Source of the DNA: a virus | IMG/VR virus record: IMGVR_UViG_3300004280_000281 | Location: 3,197-67,196 of that record | Length of the DNA: 64,000 bases | Reading direction: 5' to 3' (one strand) | In this document: in pieces, positions 17,918 to 25,650 of the stretch | How positions within the stretch are numbered: position 1 is the stretch's first letter | How the letters are laid out: every line of letters begins with the position of its first letter | The notes under the pieces: model-generated | What the model was told of the DNA's origin: nothing | The model's input: the letters and a program-made list of their open reading frames with translations, nothing else | Databases searched by the model: none | Made by a program: the position numbers and the translations under genes

Positions 17918-18586
17918 ATGGCCGTTAATCTAACATTCAGGAACCCAGCAGCAACCGGGACAATTCTGTCCTTGCTAACCGCTGGAACCTATGACCACCT
18001 AAGGTTCTCAGGGGCCACATCAGGAACAGCAGTAGCGTCTGGATCATCCCAGGATACTAGCTGGATCTCAGACTCAGCAGGAATCCCAGCAGGAGCAGCT
18101 GGAACCTCAGGAGCTCTTCCCAACAATAAGTACATAAGTTCCTCAAATATCGTAATAAACGATAATGCTGGATCTCAGGCTTACTCTGGGACACTAGCAG
18201 CCCTACCGGCAAACACAGTAGCAACCGCTCCTGACTTTGACCTTCGTCCAAGTGGAACCATCCTAATTGACCTCTCATCCGATGATGGCAGTGTCTTCAG
18301 GACGTCAAACACATTGTTCTATCTTGACGACGGAACAACGCCAGCGACAGCCCCAGTGGGAATCACAGCACACGCCGTTGAATTCAACAAGAATGGTGAA
18401 GGCTCGACCACATGGACTGACGTAGGAGGCTCAGGCAACCAGATCACCCTACAGGAGCATAGCTTGGGCAATGGCTACGCACAGGCGACTCAGCACATGT
18501 TCGCCATCGCTCTCTCTGTCGTCCCAACAACATCCGGAACCCTTGAGAGCATACGCTTATCCTTCTCAACTGACTTCGGAGCGTAA
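17918..18586 (+). CDS. Probably abundant virion protein (own promoter, strong RBS, own terminator)
   Basis: 222 aa Ser/Gly/Thr-rich; C-terminus HMFAIALSVVP..SG...RLSFSTDF echoes the SRHL-family C-termini. Confidence 0.55.
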   Translation: MAVNLTFRNPAATGTILSLLTAGTYDHLRFSGATSGTAVASGSSQDTSWISDSAGIPAGAAGTSGALPNNKYISSSNIVINDNAGSQAYSGTLAALPANTVATAPDFDLRPSGTILIDLSSDDGSVFRTSNTLFYLDDGTTPATAPVGITAHAVEFNKNGEGSTTWTDVGGSGNQITLQEHSLGNGYAQATQHMFAIALSVVPTTSGTLESIRLSFSTDFGA

Positions 18587-18607
18587 CAGTACAACCAGAT
18601 CAAGAAG

Positions 18608-18643
18608 ATAGCCTTCTGGGGTAAAGCCTGGGGGGCTATTTTT
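18608..18643 (+). terminator. Rho-independent terminator
   Basis: atagccttctggg-gtaaa-gcctgggggctat imperfect stem (G-U pairs) followed by a T run. Confidence 0.7.
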
Positions 18644-18703
18644 ATGCACACATTTATCCTGTCGAGTGCTACTACATACGGTAACAACAGAAAGAAGGAC
18701 CAT

Positions 18704-19042
18704 ATGAGCAAGAGTGACGTACTAAGCATCAAACTATCAAATGGCGAGCAGTTCGACTACCACTATGGCGAAGAGCGATTCGGCTCACTATTAGAGCGTG
18801 ACCTCTCTATAGTGTCAGGGACACTGGGTTTAAAGCCCCTCAGCAATGAGACAGAGGCTGTAGCTATGTATGTAAGACTCCTAAACCAAGGGGGAAAAAG
18901 TAGCTTCACAATACTAACATCTGAGCTTAGAGGAGAGACCTGCCTAGTAACGCACTTCAGGGCAAACGGACAACACATGAGAGAAGAGACCATACCTGTT
19001 CCAACAGACTATTGGGACTTTGCTGTTAAGACAAACGTATAA
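18704..19042 (+). CDS. Hypothetical protein
   Basis: ATG at 18704 preceded by AAGAAGGA; 112 aa. Confidence 0.55.
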   Translation: MSKSDVLSIKLSNGEQFDYHYGEERFGSLLERDLSIVSGTLGLKPLSNETEAVAMYVRLLNQGGKSSFTILTSELRGETCLVTHFRANGQHMREETIPVPTDYWDFAVKTNV

Positions 19043-19043
19043 T
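19036..19043 (+). promoter_or_regulatory. CGTATAAT motif pointing into non-coding region
   Basis: Same core as other copies; overlaps the stop codon of the upstream ORF. Confidence 0.4.
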
Positions 19044-19081
19044 CAAGAACATATCCAACATAAGACTTATCTAGTCTCAAC

Positions 19082-19129
19082 GGGGACCATCTGTAGCGTC
19101 TGAGCTAGGTGGAGCCCCTATTTTTTTTT
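19082..19129 (+). terminator. Rho-independent terminator
   Basis: ggggaccatct-gtagcgtctgagct-aggtggagcccc imperfect stem then tattttttttt. Confidence 0.7.
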
Positions 19130-19225
19130 GCCCAGCCAGACCATGTAGTTCGGGTAGAAGTAAAACCCACTCCCAAAAACAACCAATGCTGTTAACCTAG
19201 TGGGCCTTGGGAGATGGGTACGCTT

Positions 19226-19264
19226 GCCAGCGTGGGGGGCCAGCGTGGGGAGACCATCGTGGGG
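19226..19264 (+). repeat. Three direct repeats (G/A)CCA(G/T)CGTGGGG
   Basis: gccagcgtgggg 19226, gccagcgtgggg 19239, accatcgtgggg 19253. Confidence 0.85.
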
Positions 19265-19552
19265 AACTAGCTCGATGCAGTCGTCGCCTATTGGTCTTGT
19301 CGGTAGGCAAGACAACAAGCCCCTGCTCCTCTAATTATTAGGCTCCATACGGAGCTACCTCCTGGACCCTAAGACCGAATAGGGACAAGCCCTATTTCCT
19401 CTCTTCGAGAGGCTACTCAGGTGCCCTCTGGTGACGTTTGTAGAGTAAGTTGGTGTGGTTGTATAGAGCAAAGGAGGGCGTCGATCACAGGCCCTCTCAG
19501 ATACCCTCTGAGGCATGACCCCTGCCCTGTATAAAGCACACCCTGGTAGGGT

Positions 19553-19564
19553 CGTATAATATAG
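19553..19564 (+). promoter_or_regulatory. Putative late promoter CGTATAATATAG
   Basis: Identical to the 11998 copy; upstream of ORF 19639. Confidence 0.6.
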
Positions 19565-19638
19565 CATGGACCTACTATGAGTAGGTTTAACTAGTTGCGA
19601 CATCGGAGGACACCGTGGGACTCGAACGCAGAATACCT

Positions 19639-20055
19639 ATGAAGATCTACAAGATGTCTGATCTTATGAAGATGCATCCCCTGCTAGCTAAAATCAGTTC
19701 CCTTATGGAGAACACGTATCAGGATGCTGATGGCATCTGTGCTGAGCTAGCTTTCTGTGAAGAATCAGAGGAGTCCAAGGAGAAGGAGCGTTTGTACGCT
19801 AAACTAGACCTTGAGCTTGAGGGTAGACTGAATGCCATGCTTGAAATGGCTAATGAGCTAAAGATGGAGTTTGGAATAGGTATCTGTGATCCTTCCATAG
19901 GGGCTATGAATATACCCTGTTATGGAAATTCCTCTAAGGCTTTAGTGTATGTGTGTTTTGACCACACATGTGACATCAGCGAAGATGAGATAGTTTGTCA
20001 TGAGACCCAGAATGGTGTTATTATTCCGGGCCTCACTCCATGGATCAATACTTAA
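19639..20055 (+). CDS. DUF2203-like protein
   Basis: Helical N-half then FGIGICDPSIGAMNIPC...VYVCF...IVCHE, matching the DUF2203 pattern LGV.LKD...GLVDFP...VYLCW...I..WHE. Confidence 0.55.
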   Translation: MKIYKMSDLMKMHPLLAKISSLMENTYQDADGICAELAFCEESEESKEKERLYAKLDLELEGRLNAMLEMANELKMEFGIGICDPSIGAMNIPCYGNSSKALVYVCFDHTCDISEDEIVCHETQNGVIIPGLTPWINT

Positions 20056-20738
20056 GACGTGAAGCCATTCGCTTCGTGAGCTCTATTGTACTCAGCCTGC
20101 GACCGCTTAGCCACGTTCTGTGCGCTGCTCTCCTTCTTGAATAACCCTAGTGATTTTAGTTTACCACTGTTCTGCAACAGCAGAGCTCTCCACTTACCAG
20201 AGACGCTATCGAACTCTACATTGTATTTCGGAGCTGGACTCTTTTCTGCTACACTATCATCATTGTCGACTGGATCCAACGAATCAAGAACGACCTCTAC
20301 TGCGAGGTCAACCGTTTCCTCATCCTCTGTGGATAGTTCCACTACGAACTCTACTTCCCCCGTAGCTTCGTCGCCAGACATGCTTGAGAAAAGCTCATCG
20401 TCCTCTTCTACTACTACAGCGTCTACTGGCGGAGTAAGTGTGTCATCGGGTGACTGCATAGAAGGCCATGCTGCGTCGAACAGTCCCTTGGTGCTCTCAT
20501 CGACCAGTTTCAAGTTGTGGATGTTTAGGCCACCCAGCTCGTTCTTCATTACGACTGTTTGGCCAGGAACGATATCTCCGTGATAGATCTTCCATGCGAC
20601 GACTGCGGCTGAAAGAGACTCACCATTAAGCTTAATGACGTGACGGCCCCTGTCCATTGAGACGGCACTTTTGCCATCTAGGGAGAAACAGATCTCTCCT
20701 GTGCGTGAGTTGTACGTGAATTCGTCTCTTACGTTCAT
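20052..20738 (-). CDS. Degenerate HNH-AP2 protein with acidic linker
   Basis: FTYNSRTGEI...AAVVAWKIYHG...NIHNLKLV (HNH scaffold without catalytic His); C-terminal AP2-like SGKWRALL...KSLGLFKKESSA; ATG 20738 with RBS GGAAGGA. Confidence 0.65.
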   Translation of the reverse strand: MNVRDEFTYNSRTGEICFSLDGKSAVSMDRGRHVIKLNGESLSAAVVAWKIYHGDIVPGQTVVMKNELGGLNIHNLKLVDESTKGLFDAAWPSMQSPDDTLTPPVDAVVVEEDDELFSSMSGDEATGEVEFVVELSTEDEETVDLAVEVVLDSLDPVDNDDSVAEKSPAPKYNVEFDSVSGKWRALLLQNSGKLKSLGLFKKESSAQNVAKRSQAEYNRAHEANGFTS

Positions 20739-20739
20739 G

Positions 20740-22368
20740 TTAGTCCTTCCATGGACAATATTTACAATTGTTACCCTCTGGATCGCCACAACAGTAGCCC
20801 TGTCTCCAGTAGGATGATTCTGTTCTTTCGATTTGACCAGTATCCTCATTTAGGAATGATTTGTCTCCGGCCTCGTTTGCTATCTTGTGAGCCAAGTTTA
20901 ATCTAAAGACAGGCTCTACTGTACTTATAGCATCTATCACGTCTTTATTTTCATAACTTATTGAGGCCAATTTCTCAACCCTGCTGTCTACGTAGATACC
21001 ACACAGGGCTTCGTACTCGTTGCCCCTGTAGTCTCTGAGGTATCCCACCTTTGGATTCATGACTTGAATCGGGAGCCCAGGTATCTCGTGCATGCAGGTT
21101 TCTATACCTAGATGGGGGCACTTGCTCCACATTATGTTATTATTGAGAACGGCCCTGACTATGGCCATTGACTCCTCTGATGATGTGTTGCATAGGCCCT
21201 CGCATGTTGAGCCCGTGTTCATGCTGTAGAGGTTGATCTCCGGGTTAGCCCTAAGCATCTCGTAAAGCCTTGCACTCTGAGATGCCGGTGACTCAGACGT
21301 GAGATCGTTTGTGCATGCGTCTGTTGCGAAGGCAGCTACTGCCTGCTCCACGGTTAGTCTTTGTATCGGGGGCTTAACTCCGTCCAGTTTTGATAAGAAG
21401 AATATATCCGTTACTATCTCACCCATCTTGCGAGTGTCGAAAGCTCTGCCTCCAAGTTGGCTACGTGGCAGTATTATACTTCCACCGCTATCTATGTTTT
21501 CTGATAAGTTTTCAGGGTTTTCAAGCTCTTTCCTGACAATGGTATTGGCTTCGTCTATATCGTAGGTTCGTGTGAATACTGATGATTCCAGACCCGAAGA
21601 CGTGCCATCGTGGTTTAGGGCGAAGTAGTCGTCCTGTATTATTTTATCGTCCCCCAGTACAGACTCTCCAAACATAGAAAGAGTGGTCTTCCCCGAGTTA
21701 GACTCGCCTACGAAGGCTACTGTACGAGTAGTTCCATCCTTGTCGGATGTACTCTTCAGTGACGCATTAAGAGCTATGGACCCTTTATCTGCCATGATGT
21801 CCGACCATGACCTAATCAGTGCGGCTCGCACTTCCCCGAATGAGTCTGTTCCCATAACCCTGGTGGTGTGCTCATCATCTGAGTCTACAAGGATTAGAGT
21901 ATTGGACATGAATCTGGTGAATCCACCAGAGGTTGGCTTCCTCACCCTGGGGGTACTGAATCCCGGAGTGCATATGACGGTGATCTCTGGGGCAGTAAAC
22001 GTATCAGACCTGTGCATGGGATATAGCATGGCCTTGGCCATCATAGCGATGTGCGGATAATCGTCGGAGACCAGAACTCTGGCGTGTACTGCGTTCCTAC
22101 TGTTGTCCGATATCCATCCATCTATCTGTATCATGTTAGAGGATTCTATGGACTCGTCCTGGAGGTCTGAAATGACCTGTGCGAACGCACTCGTTATGGA
22201 TTGGGGGCCGACGTCGCTGTCTGATATGGTGAATGTTGACTCAGGCGCTGTCCCGATAGAGTCTACATCTGTAGACATAGATCCAGACATCATGTTTACC
22301 AGGGTGAATCTGTCAGGGTTGTTTATCATCTTATCAATACTCGTTCCTTCTATGTATATTGATAGCAT
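20740..22368 (-). CDS. Divergent ATP-type PEP carboxykinase-like protein with C-terminal Cys-rich (DUF5522-like) tail
   Basis: GESNSGKTTLS P-loop, IIQDD, PPIQRLTVEQAVAAF, YSMNTG; tail RQGYCCG...NCKYCPW. Confidence 0.75.
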   Translation of the reverse strand: MLSIYIEGTSIDKMINNPDRFTLVNMMSGSMSTDVDSIGTAPESTFTISDSDVGPQSITSAFAQVISDLQDESIESSNMIQIDGWISDNSRNAVHARVLVSDDYPHIAMMAKAMLYPMHRSDTFTAPEITVICTPGFSTPRVRKPTSGGFTRFMSNTLILVDSDDEHTTRVMGTDSFGEVRAALIRSWSDIMADKGSIALNASLKSTSDKDGTTRTVAFVGESNSGKTTLSMFGESVLGDDKIIQDDYFALNHDGTSSGLESSVFTRTYDIDEANTIVRKELENPENLSENIDSGGSIILPRSQLGGRAFDTRKMGEIVTDIFFLSKLDGVKPPIQRLTVEQAVAAFATDACTNDLTSESPASQSARLYEMLRANPEINLYSMNTGSTCEGLCNTSSEESMAIVRAVLNNNIMWSKCPHLGIETCMHEIPGLPIQVMNPKVGYLRDYRGNEYEALCGIYVDSRVEKLASISYENKDVIDAISTVEPVFRLNLAHKIANEAGDKSFLNEDTGQIERTESSYWRQGYCCGDPEGNNCKYCPWKD

Positions 22369-22399
22369 GGAACATGAGTGTATTTAAGATTAATTTATG

Positions 22400-22468
22400 C
22401 TATTGTAGGAAGTCCTTGAGCATGGCTAAGCCCTCGCTGTGAAGCCCCAGCTCTATCGCTGCTCTTTT
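22400..22468 (-). pseudogene. Orphaned 3' end of a YiiX-like amidase allele
   Basis: Intergenic frame KRAAIELGLHSEGLAMLKDFLQ* aligns ungapped with the C-terminus MESARDLGLHPTGQRMISEYRN of the gene at 23015. Confidence 0.6.
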
Positions 22469-22469
22469 A

Positions 22470-23015
22470 TTAGTTCCAATTCTTAGATGCAAAGTAGCCC
22501 AGAGCTTTTCTCATATTTGGCTTCTTCCATGCCATGTGACCGAACCAGAATGAGATTTGCTTCTCTGCCTCTTCTACACTCTTCCCCTGTTGGGAGAGGT
22601 GGTAGATTGCTGAGGCTAGACTAGTCCTGTCAGCTCCCCCTAGACAATGAACGTAGATGCCGTGATCCCTGTAGATTCCAAATAGGGAGTTCAATATCTG
22701 CAGTTGCTTGTCAGATGGTACAGTGTTTGACCCCAGTGGAATGTTGAAGTAAGAGATTCCGAATGATTCGCACCACCTTCTTTCGAACTCATTCTCTACA
22801 ACCTCAGACTTTCTTAGACTAATAACAACCTTGGGTTGATACTTGGCCATAACCCTAACGAACTTCTTTTCGCTCAGCTGGGCACTTCGTATAAATTTGC
22901 CATCAAAGTAAACCCACATGTTTCCAGTGAAGTACATTACCCCCACATAGGTTAGGAACGCTACGGCAGGAGCCATAAAGATGGCCAGTATGATTGAGCT
23001 ATGAAGTAGTGACAT
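22470..23015 (-). CDS. Membrane-anchored protein tyrosine/dual-specificity phosphatase
   Basis: HCLGGADRT CX5R motif, RSAQ and VISLR motifs, N-terminal TM helix. Confidence 0.88.
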   Translation of the reverse strand: MSLLHSSIILAIFMAPAVAFLTYVGVMYFTGNMWVYFDGKFIRSAQLSEKKFVRVMAKYQPKVVISLRKSEVVENEFERRWCESFGISYFNIPLGSNTVPSDKQLQILNSLFGIYRDHGIYVHCLGGADRTSLASAIYHLSQQGKSVEEAEKQISFWFGHMAWKKPNMRKALGYFASKNWN

Positions 23016-23749
23016 TAGTTCCTGTTTCTGTATTCAGAAATCATACGCTGACCAGTGGGGTGCAAGCCTAGGTCTCTAGCGGACTCCATTGTGACGGACT
23101 CTGACATCCATGCAATCTCGTAGGAGTCATTGAAGAAGTCGTCGGCTAGAACCACCTCTTTGCCACGCTTAGTGGATCGAGTGATGTTCAACTGGTCACG
23201 CTTATGCCACCAGGAGAATGAGACTACTTCCGTACAGGAGAACGCTTGGTCATACCCCTTGCTCAGCTTTGAGTCTGGATCCCTGAAGATGTCAACCTCT
23301 GTTTCGATGTCAAAATTGAAGTCAACGTCATAGTTCTCTCCAATAGTAGACTTGGCTTTTGTTACTGCTAGGTCAATCTCTTCCTGAGTGACGTTCTTTG
23401 GTCTGAAGATGATTGCATAGTCTGAGTAGAGAGGGTAGTACATGTCTCTTCTGACTACACCCTCTGAGATCGCCTCAACGATGTCTCCACCCTCGATATG
23501 GATCCAAGCATGTTTCTGGAATCCTGGAATAGCAACGTTAGACAGGTATCCGTCATCACGGTGAACGCCAATATCTCCAGGCTGAACGATCTTTGACGCT
23601 TCGTGGATCTCACCAAAGTGGACCTTGTGGTAGCGAATCGCCCAGGTAACCCATGGGAATGTTGATAATGATCTTATGTCACCAACCCAGAAGACTAGGG
23701 TCTCCCAGATGTCATGCATCTTGTCAAGAATCTTCTTCATCGTGCTCAT
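23015..23749 (-). CDS. Permuted papain-like NlpC/P60 amidase (YiiX/YebB-like)
   Basis: QPGDI...IPGFQKHAWIH...IVEAISEGV...YDVDF...FSCTEVV (His precedes Cys). Confidence 0.8.
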   Translation of the reverse strand: MSTMKKILDKMHDIWETLVFWVGDIRSLSTFPWVTWAIRYHKVHFGEIHEASKIVQPGDIGVHRDDGYLSNVAIPGFQKHAWIHIEGGDIVEAISEGVVRRDMYYPLYSDYAIIFRPKNVTQEEIDLAVTKAKSTIGENYDVDFNFDIETEVDIFRDPDSKLSKGYDQAFSCTEVVSFSWWHKRDQLNITRSTKRGKEVVLADDFFNDSYEIAWMSESVTMESARDLGLHPTGQRMISEYRNRN

Positions 23750-24161
23750 CTTTCTCTGGTGTCCAATCGGAAACTTCATCAAAGCTTTTTTCCTCTATGA
23801 ATTGACTAGGGAATATCTTTGAAAGTTGCCCCTTCAGATCATCACGCTCGTCTTCTAGTTTTGTCTTGCTTCTGCATGCCTCTATATATGGATCTCCGAA
23901 GACCTGATTCTTCTCAGCATCTCGAACCTCTATGTTCTTGTTCCATATGAGGTTGTTTATTGCTGATAGTCTAGTTAGAATCTCCTGAACTTCCTTGGTG
24001 TGGAAAAGGCCCGGATCAAGGGTTGATGATATTACTTGATCAAGATACAACAGCTCGTTCCAAATATTCTTAAGCTGAAAATTGCTCTTCATTGCGTTTA
24101 TCTTTAGGGACAGTATTGTTATCTTGTTAAGTATATCGCCCGTAGGTGTTTCGATTTCCAT
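23724..24161 (-). CDS. DUF6165-like protein
   Basis: IETPTGDILNKITILSLK...LSAINNLIW...ERDDLK...IEEKSF; ATG 24161 with GGAG RBS. Confidence 0.65.
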   Translation of the reverse strand: MEIETPTGDILNKITILSLKINAMKSNFQLKNIWNELLYLDQVISSTLDPGLFHTKEVQEILTRLSAINNLIWNKNIEVRDAEKNQVFGDPYIEACRSKTKLEDERDDLKGQLSKIFPSQFIEEKSFDEVSDWTPEKDEHDEEDS

Positions 24162-24183
24162 GACTGCTCCAATCTCTATGAAC

Positions 24184-24191
24184 ATTATACG
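24184..24191 (-). promoter_or_regulatory. CGTATAAT motif on minus strand
   Basis: attatacg at 24184-24191, intergenic, 23 nt before ATG 24161. Confidence 0.45.
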
Positions 24192-24208
24192 AATCTATGT
24201 GTCAGTCC

Positions 24209-25258
24209 TTACTTTATAGCGTTTAGCCACCTTTTTGTGGTCTGTGAGTCTATCTTGAAGGTATTGTTAATCCAATTGTCATATTCAACAGGGTCATAGG
24301 CTCCACTTACCTTATCAGATAGCTTGCAAGGGGGCATGTTAGTAATCTTTAGAAACTCAGCGTCTTGACTATCCTCCATTTCGGAGGAATATAGGAACGA
24401 TTCAACACCCATGGATCTTAATGCTAGATGGCTGCTTATGGAGCTTTGTGCGAGTACCACATCATGCTCCTTGTAAATGTCCTCTGGTATTTTCCATCTA
24501 TTTATCTCTTTATACTTTATATTGAGACTGCTACACATGCTCCTGACTGAACTCCTATAGTCTATACTGTTTTCAGCGGGGTGGGGCTTGACTGCTATCT
24601 CAGATATAGCCATGCCATTCTCAACAGCCATGTATATATTTAGAATCATCTCTTCTATAAGATTCTTTGCCGCATTGCTCCTGAAGATGTCACATGATGT
24701 TATCATCAGAACCCTACCACCGCTCTCGTAACTTCCATTGAACGGTCTGAACGAGGGATCGCCAGCTAACACCACGCTACTCTCGGTCTTGGACTGGCTA
24801 CTCAATACTGAAAACTCTGGCTCTGACCTAGCGATTAAAACATGTGCATGTGGAATATATTCACCCGGTGTATTATTGTATCCAACTGGATACCTATCTC
24901 CACTGAAGTAGACCATCTCACCCAGGAGGCACACATTGCCTTTGGTGTCTTCTAGGTTCATATTCATATACTCTCTGTAATGTCTATTTCCAGAGTACAG
25001 CATATGACTCTTAGTGCCTATCATTAGGGGTAGTACGAATGACTCTTCTTTATGAATTATGTCGTCAAACATCTCAGTAACGCTCTTGCGATTTACCTCT
25101 GGGTCTATCTTGTTAAACCTCAGCACTCTATCTATAGAATCGTTCCTTTGCGAATTGCGTGTATAAATAGAATAATCGCCAACAGACTTAATGATTGGGG
25201 AGAAAACACGAGCGTGTTGCTCTGTGGCTATAAAAAAGTTGGGCTTCATTCTGGCCAC
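24209..25258 (-). CDS. Putative GT-B glycosyltransferase (KPHP motif; sialyl/Kdo-transferase-like)
   Basis: VLAGDPSF, IAVKPHPAE, DVVLAQSSIS; HP motif typical of CMP-ulosonate-using transferases; inside glycan cluster. Confidence 0.5.
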   Translation of the reverse strand: MARMKPNFFIATEQHARVFSPIIKSVGDYSIYTRNSQRNDSIDRVLRFNKIDPEVNRKSVTEMFDDIIHKEESFVLPLMIGTKSHMLYSGNRHYREYMNMNLEDTKGNVCLLGEMVYFSGDRYPVGYNNTPGEYIPHAHVLIARSEPEFSVLSSQSKTESSVVLAGDPSFRPFNGSYESGGRVLMITSCDIFRSNAAKNLIEEMILNIYMAVENGMAISEIAVKPHPAENSIDYRSSVRSMCSSLNIKYKEINRWKIPEDIYKEHDVVLAQSSISSHLALRSMGVESFLYSSEMEDSQDAEFLKITNMPPCKLSDKVSGAYDPVEYDNWINNTFKIDSQTTKRWLNAIK

Positions 25259-25650
25259 ATGCCCATCTCACCTAGGCAGAACTCCCAGTTGTTCATGAAT
25301 CTTACAGCCTTATCGTCCAAATAGTATTTAGCACGGGGCTTTACCGCTGTGATCTCGCTAATGTACTCCGCCATGCCGTACTTATCTAGCCACAGCCAAA
25401 GCTCATCTATGCATGACTCTGGACGATCCTCACGAGCCCTGCATGTGAATAGTATGATAGTATAGCGTTTACTGATTGTCCTCAGCGCCTCAAGTGCTCC
25501 ATCTACTGGTGGCATGGTTGGGAAAACAGCGTCGCCACCTTTCTGTGCTATAACCCCGTCATAGTCTATGCATACAGTAGAGTCTATCTGACTTCGACAT
25601 AGTTTTTCAAACTCTTCGTGCTCTTCGGAGTTAACACCTCGGTCGCTCAT
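25246..25650 (-). CDS. HAD-family phosphatase
   Basis: IDYDGVI, ILFTCR, KPRAKYYLDDKA. Confidence 0.8.
   Translation of the reverse strand: MSDRGVNSEEHEEFEKLCRSQIDSTVCIDYDGVIAQKGGDAVFPTMPPVDGALEALRTISKRYTIILFTCRAREDRPESCIDELWLWLDKYGMAEYISEITAVKPRAKYYLDDKAVRFMNNWEFCLGEMGMWPE

Larger units (their letters stand above)
19130..19600. other. Structured non-coding hub; candidate replication origin/terminus or ncRNA
   Basis: At least eight short inverted repeats, G-tract repeats, and a flip in strand A/T bias. Confidence 0.5.

Noticed and set aside
19118-19603. Minus-strand ORFs of 66 and 82 aa in the hub
   Set aside because: No motifs, Pro/Arg-rich composition derived from the hairpins and repeats; better explained as non-coding
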